From assembly GCF_018977255.1 (NCBI RefSeq), contig NW_024704745.1:68448001-68512000 (forward strand): DNA of 64,000 nt, given 5' to 3'. The DNA comes from Callorhinchus milii (Eukaryota). The notes below the pieces were generated by a model. That model was not told the DNA's origin. It did no database searches and saw only the letters and a list, made by a program, of their open reading frames with translations. Shown here in pieces: positions 51,816 to 64,000 of the stretch (position 1 is its first letter; each line of letters begins with the position of its first letter). A program made the position numbers and the translations under genes.

Positions 51816-52949
51816 TCCTGAGCAGGAAAGAGAGAGCCACTGGGAACGTAACCCCCTCAAAAAATGTTTTTTTTATTTAAAAAAGAATAATACATTTATA
51901 GAGAGAATGTTAATATAACTGAGTGGCATTTCAGATTTAAATACTGCTCCATGTTTAAGAAAACCCAAAGCAGGAAGAAATGTGTTCAGAGAAAGGGAGA
52001 TTTGTTTTGCTTACTTATACATTTATTTTTTGGTCCGGAAACTTGTCTTCACAAAAAAGCTGTCTGCCCAGACAAAACAAGAGAAGCCTTAGCCCTAACC
52101 CTTCCTCCTGCCAAAATGCCACGTCAATTGTATTTTGCTTGCTTTTCCCATTATCCCATAGCTTAGCTAAAAGACCTTCAGTGCATTTCCTCTCAGTCAA
52201 AATTAAATCTGTCCTTTTTGAGGCAAGCTGTGAAACCCTACTGTGCAGCTTAAAACCTGGCTGTGAAATAGGCCTTTCAGCTCACAAAAAGCACCTCTTT
52301 ACCTGCTCTTTTAATTCACTCGGTGTCATTATTAATTTAACAACAACCCCTTGCTGCTTAGTGTCAATTATTGTATTGTCTTCATCTTATGATAATTTCC
52401 AGTAATTACACAAGGTACTCGAGTAGGCTGTGCTGTGCGCTGAATGACACATTAGTCCTTTTGTTTCATTAAGCAGCCTTATTGTTCTTGACCAGGTCCA
52501 GGCAATTACCATCTTTTGCCAATCTCTGTCAGCTGGTATCCTTAAAGAGTGAAAAGAGGTCAGTCAGATGCTAATTTAGATACAATTCTTATAGGGAAAT
52601 CATGTTTAAGTCTCTTAAAAGGCTGCGGTATGATTTAATGAAGGTAACAGCTTGGGTCCCTGCAAGCCTAGAGCTGTAATTAGAAAGCCAGATGTAGCCT
52701 TCCATGCTAATTAGCTGAATGCCAAGGTAGACTCTTCCTCATGGATTCTCCTGTACTGGAGAAAACGCACACAAAGCCCACGCAAGGCTTTCCTGTTCAG
52801 AAAACAGGACGGCAATAAATGGAGAGCATGGAGTAATGCTGCCCGGGGAATAGTCACAGCCACTCAATCGACCTAAGTACCCGCAATGTGCTCAGTTAAT
52901 TATTCAGTAGCAGTGTCTCGCTGGTGTCACGATTGTCCAAATGGGTGTA

Positions 52950-53320
52950 TCAGCCTGGCTCTCTGAGTCAAAAGGTTGTGAGTTCAGTGAATGCAGTGCT
53001 GAGGGTATCTTGCATTGTTGTAGGTGCCCATCCTTCAGGTGAGATGATAAACCCAGGTCCCGGCTGCCTGTTCAGGTGGACGGTAAAGATCCCATGGCAC
53101 TATTTGAAAAGAGAAGGGAGATTCTCTCTCCTGGTGTCCTGGCAATTAATCCTCAAATAAAATTGTTCATTTATTTCATGGCTGTTTGTGGGACACTGCT
53201 GTATGGAATTGGGCTGCTGCGTTGGCTTATAATATCACAGTTACTACACTTCACAGTATTTCTTTTGAAGTGCTTTGGTATGTCCTCCCAACGGGAAAGG
53301 CACTAAAACAAATGCAAAAC
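52950..53320 (+). mobile_element. Deu-domain SINE
   Basis: GTTCAGGTGGACGGTAAAGATCCCATGGCACTATTTGAAAAGAG..GGTGTCCTGGC core. Confidence 0.8.
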
Positions 53321-55239
53321 CTGCTTCACATCCCCCGCCCCACCATCAGCAGGTGATCTCTAAACATCTCTGCTTCGCTCCCTCTCTCTGCTTTCAACAA
53401 CTGTTTAAATGTAATCTTTTTAACAGCACCTTCAGCCACCTCCTGCTTACCATTACCCCCCCATCTTTCAGCTACTCGGACTCCCATTACATCTATATAA
53501 CTTGTTTTGGGGTGACCTCCTCTGGGAAGGGGCTATATAAGCCCAAGTTGTTGTCTTTACTGTAGGCACAATATGCAGGGAATGCTAACACCCTGCAGCA
53601 TGCTGGAACCTCATTGTCGCTAAATTCATTGCACATTTGGTTTGTGGTATTCAGCAAAAGCCACAGAGGCTGAAGGTTTTGTGCGTTCCTGCTCAGGAGC
53701 CTCAATGTAATGTGGCTTGTGAAAGTAGCTGCAGACATTTTTAGAATCAGCCACCACGTCTCTGGTTTGATTGAAAGCTAACACAATGAAAAAAAGGAAT
53801 CTATAACAAATGTGGAATTTCCCCTCTATACAGTAAATCCTCACCCTGTGGACTTCTATGTGATGAGGACATCTCACTATTCAAGCCACTTGTTCAGTCT
53901 TTATTTTTCATCTAAATCCCAAATATACCTTTTGCCCACAAAATATACAGTCAATTCATTTTACAGTATATTCTGCGAAGCTCTTTGAGACGTCTCAATG
54001 ACTTGTTAAGGTGCTATATCAAATGCAAGGATTATTATTACAGGCTTGAAATCCCACCTAGTCTTCAAATAATAGAAAATAAGAATTGTCCTTACAATTG
54101 ATATATATCAGGAGATTGTCTCGAAGCACATCGAGTATACTGTAAGGCTGTAAGGCTGTAAGAGAACTTGGCAGTCAATTTGCACACAGCATAAGTGCCA
54201 CAAACAGCCATGAAGTGAATGATCAATTTTATCTGAGGGATTGTTGGCCGGGACAGCTGGAAACTCCCTTCTCTTTTTGTGTAGTGCCATCGTAGCTTTA
54301 ATGTTCACCTGAACAGCAGGCTGACACATTTAAGACAATTTTGTCTCAAAATTTAGAGTGAAATTCGCAAAATAGTGAAATTCTGTCTGAATTCCGAAGC
54401 CCGTGTTTCGGTTTCTATCGAAAAAATAATAATCCTTCCATTTGCTATAGCACCACATTGTTGAGAGACGTTTCAAAGCGCTTCACAGTATATACTGTAA
54501 AGCGAATTGACTGTAGATTTTACGGGCAAAAATAAATTGTTGGGGAATAAAGTGGCCTAAATAGTGAGATGCCCTCATTCCTGAGGAATCACCAGGTGAG
54601 GTCTAATAGTAGAGAGGAAAAATTCCACAATTGCTATTGATTTCTTTCCACAACTGCTCAGTCCCCGTTATATAAATTGCTCAGCTTCCCACCAACAGCC
54701 AGGAAACTAAGCCACAAGTTCCTCCATGGTACATTTATTAAATCAGCACAGTAAGCTATATACAGCATATAGATCATACTTACAAAGGTTCCAGTGTTTA
54801 TCTCTACCAGGGGCTAGATTCTGAAATGGATCTGTAATTAATTTTGCACAATAGTTGCTCATTCACTTCCCCCTCCACCCCGACTTCATTCTGAAAAAAA
54901 TTAACTCTTTGCATCTTCAAAAGTTTATTCTATTTCAATATTGCATTAGATCCTTTGCTATTGAGCAATGGTGAAGTTAGCTTTTTAAATTTTTTTTTCC
55001 CAGTTGTTATGATTTACCATGAATATGAGAGTAAACAGGCTTGAATAACCCAGTTGACTCATAATGCTAAAGGAATGTTCTTCACCCCAGTGCGTTGCCA
55101 TATTGATCACAAGGATGAAAGACAATGCAATTGCATGCACATATGGAGACTACATATGGAGCTACACTTACAGTTCTGGTGGCTGCAACATAAGGGGACA
55201 TGGTCATAATCTAAAAGCAGTGCACAAGAGAGCATCAAC

Positions 55240-55500
55240 AACACTTTGCATTTATATAGCGCCCTTCATGCAGGATAGTATCTCGGAGTGCCACAGAGTG
55301 GCGGGCGGGATTGAATGACAGCAAGGGAGAAGGGGGAGGTGATCGTAAGCATGATAGAAGAGGTTAGTCTTAAAGTGGGAATTAAAGATAGATTAAAGAG
55401 GAGGAGGCGAGGTGGAGAGATCGAGCCAGGGAGTTCCAGAGGTTGGGGTAAGGCACGGCCAACAATGAGGTCAGGGGACAGACAACAGGCGCACAACAGA
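55240..55500 (-). mobile_element. Old L2 3' fragment
   Basis: Reverse-complement tail CAACAACACTTTGCATTTATATAGCGCCC..GGGAGTTCCAGAGGTTGGGG. Confidence 0.6.
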
Positions 55501-55688
55501 GGCAGAGGAGTGGGCCTCGAGCAACAAGGAGGACACCTAGTGTTGGAGGGATGAGTTGTGGGGAATGAAGAGATAGAGCTCTTCAGTCACGAAAAGAGAG
55601 TTCTCAGAAGAGGTTCCTCAAGAGCTGTGCACAATGCTAAATGGGTCAGGAGAAAGTAAATACTAAGGACAATACTTTCTGATGTGTC

Positions 55689-56014
55689 AATAATAATAAT
55701 AATAATCCTTGCATTTGATATAGCGCTTTTCACGTCGGGAAGACGTCCCAAAGCACTTCACAGAACACACTGTAAAGTGAATTGACTGTATATTTGTGGG
55801 CGAACACGGCAGCCAATTGCGCACAGCAATGTCCCACAAACAGTCGTAGATTGAAAATGACCAATTTTTATTATTGTTTTTGGTTTTGGAGGGATTATTA
55901 TTAGGCTCTGTGTGGAGTAAGGAAACTTGCCCAAGGTTTCGCCCTCTGCCTGGAATTGAACTCAGGTCTCTCGCTTGCAAAGCGAGTGCTCTAACCACTG
56001 AGCTACAGGACTCC
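55689..56014 (-). mobile_element. tRNA-Ala-headed SINE, short subfamily, full length
   Basis: Near-identical to 49559-49875. Confidence 0.9.
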
Positions 56015-56714
56015 ACAAGGCAGCAGGGTACACAGGTATAGGTTCAGGGTTGTGAAGGACAATTTTAAAATAGACAATTGGAAGTATTCAGAGGACAATC
56101 AATAGCTGGAAGAGTTATCAGGAAGGGTGACAGGCCAGGACACTAGGCTCTTTTATGAAACAGATGGCAGGATGGATATTTTTGGAAGGATGAGAGCAAA
56201 TCACCCAAGGGCTAACTTCATTCCAGCCTCATAATTCTGCGATAGCACAAAATAAAGATCATTCGGCCCATTTTGATCTCTTCCTTCCCAAGTACCAGTT
56301 CCAATGTCTTCACAGCAGCATGGCGTGAACAACTGGGCTTTGGTGCAAGTTGATCATTGAACTAGTCCCACCTCACTCAGGCAGTACCTTCACCCTCAAG
56401 CCTAGTGGTAATGAACAGGGCAGCTCTTCAAAGGGCAATGCCAAGAAGATCATCAGTGATCACTGTGAAAACACTTTCATTTTGGGTTAGTTTAATGTAC
56501 TGTGGTACATAGCCCTTGCAAAGTAAGGACAGAAGGTTCAGTGGCTATTTATTTTGAATGAGACGCACATAGACTAAGATGAGTGAATTTGCTGCTGTAT
56601 CAAACCTGTGACACAACTGATACTTTTCTGAATCTAGTGGTTTAATGGGCAGTGCATATTTTATTTTCCATTGGATAAACTGAGACATTTTGGATCAAGT
56701 TAATTTAACTTGTA

Positions 56715-57115
56715 TCAGCCTGGCTCAGTTCATAGCACTTTCATTCTGAGTCAGAGGTTGTGGGCTCAAGCACCACACTCGGAACTCATATAGTCTATGT
56801 TGACACTCCAATGCAGTCCTGGGGGAGCGTTGCATTGTGGAAGGTGTTGTAGACGTTAAACTGAGAGCCTGACTGCTTGTTCAACTAGATGTCAAGGATC
56901 CCATGGCACCATTCAAGAGAAGGGTGTTTCTCCAGTGTCCTATCCAACATTCCTCAAATAAAATTGGTCATTCACTTCATGGTTGTTTGTAGGAGTGACT
57001 GCCATGTTTGCCTTCAAAATACAAAACACACAGTCACTGCACTTCACAGTATATCCTGTGAAACATTTTGAAATGTCCCCCGACGTGAATGGCGCGATAT
57101 CAAATGAAGGATTTA
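56715..57115 (+). mobile_element. Deu-domain SINE
   Basis: GTATCAGCCTGGCTCAGTT..TCTGAGTCAGAGGTTGTGGG head, Deu core, tail. Confidence 0.75.
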
Positions 57116-58569
57116 TAGAAACATAAGCGAACCACAACACCACCCACACACTGCAGTAATTCCAATGAAAGATCTTCTGGTAATTTGTCTACAGTGTTTG
57201 CACAATACTAATACATCCAATGGTTGTAAAATTCTCCTCTCTAATTGACCAGCTTTAGGAAATTGCTCCCGCCAATGTAAAGCTTAAGAACGGTGTCAAA
57301 AAAGTTTGAAGAACATTTGCTCTGTTCAGCCTGAGCTGCAGGAACAATGAGCCATGCAAAAACAAAACTCTCAAGAGGCCTGTAGTGAACAGGCTCTAAC
57401 CCTCACCATTCAGCAACTGCATTAGGCACGGGATGGCTGGAATTTGTAGTGTTCGCTCAGCCTTAAAATGCCCCAGCTGTTCAGCACAGCCCATTACAAG
57501 ACACCAGGTCTTTTCATGGTGAGCGAGCGGGAGGGAATGCTGGAGCAAGCAGCAAAGTCGTGCTTTAATAAGTCACGACAGAACAATGTGCCACTACAGT
57601 AAATACCCTTTTCTCTGCATAGCCGAAGGGCTTGCTCGACTTTACATGGTCAAGAGTCTGATATCAACCAGCACCCCCACATTCCTGACAAAGCCCTTTC
57701 GAAACAAGACCTGCTGCAGCTGTCAGGGTTTATTTACACAGATTCCTGACACAAATCGAATTAATGAGCGTAATTTGGCTAAGGGAATGCCCTTCAGATT
57801 TGATGCCTTTTGTTTCCATTTTCCCACATGACATCTCTCCCGCCAGCAACCTTTAGCCTGACCAAAAAGTTTGCCAACAGCACTTCCAACGCAGCAGAGT
57901 CTGTGAGCGATGTTAGCAATACCTTGTTGCAACCTTAAGTACTTGCAACTAAAGAAGGCAGGTTCTGAGGGTGCCCTTTATGTTTATGGATATTTCACTG
58001 TGTAGTTTATGGCAAGCTTTCAAGACTCTTCACGAACGCACTGAGACCAATTTCAACAAAACAATGCATTTTGTTTCATTTCAACACATCCTGTTACACA
58101 GTAATGGGTATTTTAATCGTAAAAAGTTTCCAAACATTAATTTTGATGGAATAATTTGGAAGGAACAAAAAAGGCACTGAAGAATATTAAGAACGAATGA
58201 TTTTCCAGCGATTTCTGTATTAAGGTTTTATTTTGATACATCCAATAATATTTCAAGTATTATATCAGTTTACTGGAGAATCCAAGCTGTGCTTGGTTTG
58301 CATTTTTTTTCATATCAGTGCTCTTGTTTCTCTGCAGCTAATCCTTAAGGCTGTGAGTACCTCGCTTGATGATCTTTCACAATAGTTTGTCAACTGTCCA
58401 TTGCTCCTTAAGGGAGAATGAAACATGTCAAAACCAGCACTTCAAAGATGGAGCGATTCCCTTTGGCATCGGTGCTCTCTGCTTCCGTTCCAAGGTTCAC
58501 CAGTTACGGAACACCAAATGATCATCTGGTGGTGAGTGGCTTGGCACATCTTATAATGATATATGAAAG

Positions 58570-58751
58570 TATTATTACCCCTGGAAAAGCGATCCGCCAA
58601 TCGACAAACAACTAGGTTCCTACTTACTGCTGGGTAAACAAAAAGCATGTGGAGTAAGGAAAATTGCCTACGGTTTAGTCCTGCCTGGGAATCGAACCCA
58701 GATCCTCTCGTTTGCAAGGCGAGTGCTCTAACCAATACACTACAGGATTCC
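58570..58751 (-). mobile_element. tRNA-Ala SINE long subfamily, 5' half only
   Basis: Head plus internal segment, ending at GGGGTAATAAT. Confidence 0.85.
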
Positions 58752-58919
58752 ACTGTCTCCATGCTCTCCAATTGCATTGTTTGACATTGGTGGGAAACCT
58801 CTGACCACTAGACAGTCACCTTCTGTGTCAAGAGGACAATCCTTGGACTTTTAAGGCGGGGAGCTGACCCTGTAACATGGAGTGACTGTGAAGGTGGAGA
58901 TGTCGTTGTGCCTTGTGTT

Positions 58920-59160
58920 ATGACGGTTGTTCTGAGATCCCCAAGCCTCGGCTCTTGCCAACCTGCGCCTAATGCTCTCTGGAATTAGGTAAGCAAGATA
59001 CAACCCTCCAGAGAGAGAATGCGTATTCAATTGCAGTAAACATCTCTGAAATTTCCATGTATAGGTGGGATGCATAGGACTCTCAGTTTGGTTTGGATGC
59101 TCTTAAGCATGGTGATGGGTTTCCACATGTGTCAGACACCTGGCTGACCAAATAAAAAAT
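58920..59160 (-). repeat. Unclassified interspersed repeat (5' part); a further copy at 59835-59965
   Basis: Reverse complement of 51458-51680 (CTTAAGCATGGTGATGGGTTTCC.CATGTGTCAGACA; GGAATTAGGTAAGCA). Confidence 0.75.
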
Positions 59161-59479
59161 TACACCTCCACAAATATGATTATAAGGTGGGATCTCTAGC
59201 CTTTTCTCCCTTAACTGAAAACACGTTTATATTCTGCTATTCTAGTTGAAATGGATCACTTTTCTGGTGGCCACGAGAGAGGCAGCACAGAGATGTTAAA
59301 GGGGCATTAGCATTACATCTGCCTCTTTGCTTTGACTGGGAGCCGGAAGAACCAGAGGAGCTGTGCTGCTGTGTTTTTTCAATGACATCACACAAAAACA
59401 GATGTGATAATGTGTTTTGCTGAAATTTTCATTATTGGTCAAGCCTTTGTGTAATTTAAAACATGTTGATGAAAATGTG

Positions 59480-59720
59480 TGCTTTTAAAGAAGAAAACTC
59501 CGACAACTCAGAGAGGAGCTCATAGAGGTGTACAATATCTTAAATGGGATTGAAAAAGTAAACCCAGATCAATACTTTAGGATGCATCAAGATAGTAGAA
59601 CAAGAGGACATAGGTTTAGAGTTGTAAGGGACTTCAGAACAGATACCAGACAGTTTTCCTTTACACTGAAGGTAATCAACTGTTGCCAATTTGCCAGGAA
59701 AGATAGAGGACACATGATGC
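59480..59720 (+). mobile_element. CR1 ORF2 C-terminal fragment
   Basis: LIEVYNILNGIEKVNPDQYF..SRTRGHRFRV..FRTDTRQFSFTLKVIN. Confidence 0.8.
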
Positions 59721-62099
59721 CGGGCACATGATCTATGTCACGCCGACTTGCATGAACTCTGCTCCAAGGTGCTCACACAAACGTAAGAGATCACTAAGAC
59801 GGATTGACTGTCAGGTTGGAGCTGTCAGTTTGCCTTGTGCTATGAGTGCTGTGCTTGGGTTCCCAAGTCTTGACTCTTGCCAACCTGTACCCAATGCTCT
59901 CCGGAATTAGGTAAGCAGGATGCCTTCCTCCAGGGAGAAAGTGTCCATTCCATTCCAATTAAACATGTAATTGTGTGCACAATTTTAGAAGCTTTTAGGC
60001 TATGGGATTTCTATTCAAGCACTTTTCTAATCTCACTGATGTGTGCATTGCGTGCATTTGAGTGTATATTTTAACTGAATTTATTTGGAGAACTATATAT
60101 CCAATAGCCTGGTTTAGTGCATAAACAGTACGCCGAGGCAGATCTGCAAATGTTTACTGTGTTAGAACCTGGATGATGAACAGCAGCACTTCAAACTGCA
60201 TCCTTTGTGGAATTTACTCTGGACAATGGGTTTGGTTCCCACAAGCGAGTTCACTGCAGTGCCTTAAGTCTCTATTAAGTAACGTTGAGACTGGTTTGCA
60301 TCTTAAAAGAAAAACACTGTTTTGGCATAAAATGTATAATATTTTGCCTAAAATCGCAATTTCTGATTGTATGTCCCTATGTTTTTATACACTTCAATTT
60401 GTTTTTTAATTTTCAGACTCTCCTTCCAGCGTTTGTTACTCTGCCACCTCTTGATTGGTGAATCCATGTGAAATTGTCAAAGAAAATGCAATGAGGTTGA
60501 GAAATAAATAAACAAACAAGTGCATATTACAAGAAACATAATGCACTGTGCGTGGTGGCCATGACATTACATACTCAGATCTTATAAACAGGCGCCTGAT
60601 GTGCATTTATATAGACAACTATGACTCGCTCTATACAATGCCTGCCAGTAAACACAACAGACAGATGAAAGAGTGTTATCATCTGCTGTAAGGCAGCCAG
60701 CTGTTAACTCCACTTTCAGCTCCTTTTTCATTTCACCAGGTTATGGATTTGACAATATTTGCAGCAGTTTCAGCAGCCCCCTTCTCAAGGAGACTGGGTG
60801 GTCGTGGAACAGAACAGCAAAAAACTCTTTCCCCTCTCCTCATTTTATGGTGCCAACTCTTCACTGCGGTACAGGTGTCCCCCAGGAGCTCACTCAAGTG
60901 GACAATACTTGGTTCACAGGTCAAGAGACTGAGTGTTGACCAGTTATTCACTGTGGAGAATCATAACCGAGCCCAACTGAGTCCTCACCCAACGTCTACG
61001 CTGAACCAAGCTAGCACCTCCTCAAGTCAGGCGCCAGTTATCAAATTCCCCGTCTGCTCACTCCAGATCACAATCCAGAGCAAAATAGACTCTTTATTTG
61101 ATCCTCATCTCTCCTTTAAACCTTTTGAACAAAATCTGCTTTCCTCCAATGCCCGCCTCCACCACTACCACAGGAAGGATTTGGGGGACATCTATAACTC
61201 TTACTCTGATTGTGTAAAGTATTTTGAGATGTTCTCCTATGTGAAAGGTGCTAAATTCTCCTATAGATGCTCTTGAAGCTCACAATAACAAGATAAATTG
61301 TTGTTGTGACTTCAGGTACTTGTGGCTTAGTGCTGCACAATGCACTGCCCTTACTTATTCGGGCACAATGCACTAAACCCTTACTTTAGTTATAGGCATC
61401 TATAACTAAAAGCCCAGTTTTGCTAAATTCAAAATCCGTTAGTTAGTGGGGCTCAGGGACAATAAATGATAGAGTCTGACATGCTCCAGCTGGCCTTCTA
61501 CCAATATCTGAGTGTGCTCAGATTCCAGGCCAGCAGAAACCACCTTTTACCTGCACCAGTAAGTAGGACAAATTTGCCTGTGTTCTTTGCCGGGAGCATT
61601 GAAAACAGTCCTGCTTAGCATTACAAAGAGCCTGAGGCATTAAAAAAATCACATTGCTCGCCGCAGACACTACAAAAGCATCAGAACCTACCTGACCCTG
61701 CTGAAACCTTGGTGCTATTTAAAAGGTAAAATTAATATTTTATGCATTTCCAGACATACTTTCTCTCCCGGGCAGACTCCTTAGTCAAATGACATCAGTG
61801 ACCTCTGCCAACCAAGCTTGTCAATCAGAAATGCAGTCATTTTTGCCTAAATCTCCCCTGATTGATGACCACTCATTCACCAACGTTGTAAATCTTATTA
61901 TCATGGTCTTAAATCAAAAATAAAAATAATAAACTCTGTGAGGCAACGCTTAAAACATTTCCCAGCATGTTGAGCCGGCAGGTTAATGACATGAAGGAGA
62001 TGGTCTGCTATTTCATAGTGTTTTTCTAGGAGGGGGTTGAGGAGGTGGAATGGGAGACCGCCAAAACAATAATTTTAGAAAACATATTGTCTGCATACA

Positions 62100-62312
62100 T
62101 GAATGTTATCTGTGTGTATATGTACTGGTTGTGTATTGTGTGTGTGTGTGTGTGTGCAGGTGGATTGTGTGTGTACATGCATTGTGTGTGTGTACATGCA
62201 ATGTATGTGTGTGTGTATAGATGCATTGTGTGTGTGCGTACATGCATTTTGTGTGCATGCGTAGATGCATTGTGCGTATGCGTACATGCGTTGTATGTGT
62301 GTGTACATGCAC
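62100..62312. repeat. TG-rich degenerate minisatellite (GTGTGTACATGCATT-like)
   Basis: Seen directly. Confidence 0.85.
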
Positions 62313-63236
62313 TGCCAGAAGCTGTGGTTGAAACAAGAAAGCATCAGCTTATTTAAGAGGACACATGATGTATACATGAAGTAGAAGGCAATGTAGGAAT
62401 ATGGGAAAGTGGATTAGAAGAGGTGAAGACTCATGTGGAGTACTAACACCATCACAGACTAGTTGGGCCGAATGACCCGTTTCTGCGCTGTAACGTCCTG
62501 TAATTCTATGTAATTCAAGATTGGCTAGCAACTCATCTTGGTGAAAAAGTGAGTCACTTGTCTCTCCCAGTTTCTCCCCTATCTCTTAAGATTTTGTTAT
62601 AAAATTTCTGGTTGAAACCTTCTGATCTAACATCCTTGATTCAAGTCACTGACCTTACATTTAGAATGTGTTTTGCTCAAAGAGTTAGTGATCACAAACT
62701 CATCTTGCTTAACTGAGCTAATGCAGGAAGCTGTACAGCAACTGAATCAACATCAGTAGTGGCACAGATACAAAACTAGAGATAATTCAACACCAACTAC
62801 GTCTGTTAATTCAGCTCCTAATGTGGAGGGACACAAAAACCTTTCTAAGTCACTGTCCCCTGACAATGTCATTCCCAACTGCTGTTTGAACAAAAATACT
62901 TTAATAATTGACTGAAATGAAGAGAACAGAACCAAAGCAAGTCAATATGAATCGCTGCTCATTGTTAGTCAATGAAGCCCTGCCCCAAATATACCTCTTT
63001 GACCTAGTTTTCGCTCATCGTATACTCCCACCCTCTCAGCTTGAACAGCCAGCTGTGTAAAAAGCTTTGACTCATGCTCCTGATATGAAAGATGCTATAA
63101 AGGCGTAAATTGTACTGTATTTTGTTTAATATGGAATCCTGATAGTAAGACTCCCTCTTTCCATGTGTTTTATTTCTGGATTATAATTTATGTACAGACA
63201 CCCTCGATTACTTTAATCCAAACATTTGGAACTCAC

Positions 63237-63344
63237 CTGCCCGAGCATATCTGGTGCGATAGGAAACGTGGGCCAGAAGACAGAGTAGACTCCAAAGAAT
63301 ACCAGCCACAGTGCTATGCTGCCCCATACAGCCAAGTGACTGAA
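63237..63344 (-). CDS. ATP8A2: ATP8A2-like coding exon (TM region); the gene continues beyond the window
   Basis: CTCTTTTTTCCTAG| [36 protein letters not shown] |GTGAGT; 108 nt, phase 0/0; compare human [36 protein letters not shown]. Confidence 0.95.
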
Positions 63345-64000
63345 CTAGGAAAAAAGAGAAATGTTTTAAGCAAATGGAAAGACAAAGTAAAAATGTAACA
63401 TGACAAATGAGGCCTCCTATATAACAATAATCCTCACTTTTAGTTTAGTGTCTGGTGTTGAGAACGTCTAAAAATGATTCACAAAATTTCTTTAAGGTGT
63501 AGTGACTATGTCTTGAGGCAAAATGATGCTTGGTTTGGGGGTTTGGCATGCTGGGGGCACCATTTGAGAGAACTTAAATATTAGACCTTCCTGGTTTGAT
63601 GCTTAAAACCATACTCAGAATCAAAGAAATTTACAACACAGAACGAGGCTGTTTGGCTGATCTCGGAGCAAAGTGTTCTTTCAATTCCACAGCCCTGGCC
63701 TATCCCCATAGCCCATCAAGCCTTTATCTTCCTGTCTATTTCCTTAAATGTGTTACAGATTCAGCCATGTCAATCCTTATATTTCTATTAACATAATGAA
63801 GAGCTCTTCTAGAGAGCCTAGAACAGACACAATGGGCCAAATGACCTCTTTCCGTTCGGTAATACTTGACGATTTAAGACACTAATTAATCAGAGACATG
63901 TGGGGACCACTTCAGAAGTGGCCAGTCGATCCATGAACGAAAAATAACAAGCATTTACAATAAAGTTACAGGACAGGTTATATGAAACAGAAATAAAGTA

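Overview
Vertebrate genomic DNA. The repeat content (Deu-domain SINEs, L2, CR1, palindromic Penelope-type elements) suggests a cartilaginous fish, possibly a chimaera; this is inference. Two genes lie tail-to-tail. (1) A complete two-exon SHISA2-like gene on + (CDS 194-548 + 7370-7932, 305 aa). (2) The last five coding exons of an ATP8A2-like P4-ATPase flippase on - (63237-63344, 39978-40066, 36469-36573, 26196-26287, 21626-21723), which the ORF track misses. All junctions are GT-AG and phase-compatible. The rest is intron, UTR or intergenic sequence with many retroelements. Most unusual observations: the SHISA exon-1 splice donor is amplified into a 15-copy G-rich tandem array; there are two near-perfect short inverted duplications of local sequence; a modular tRNA-Ala SINE has a recurrent internal breakpoint and a tail stem-loop that covaries with L2; a TSD-flanked 39-bp perfect hairpin element; and an unclassified ~0.7-kb repeat family. 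No prokaryotic systems or CRISPR arrays. Repeat boundaries are approximate and family names come from memory of consensus sequences, not from a search.
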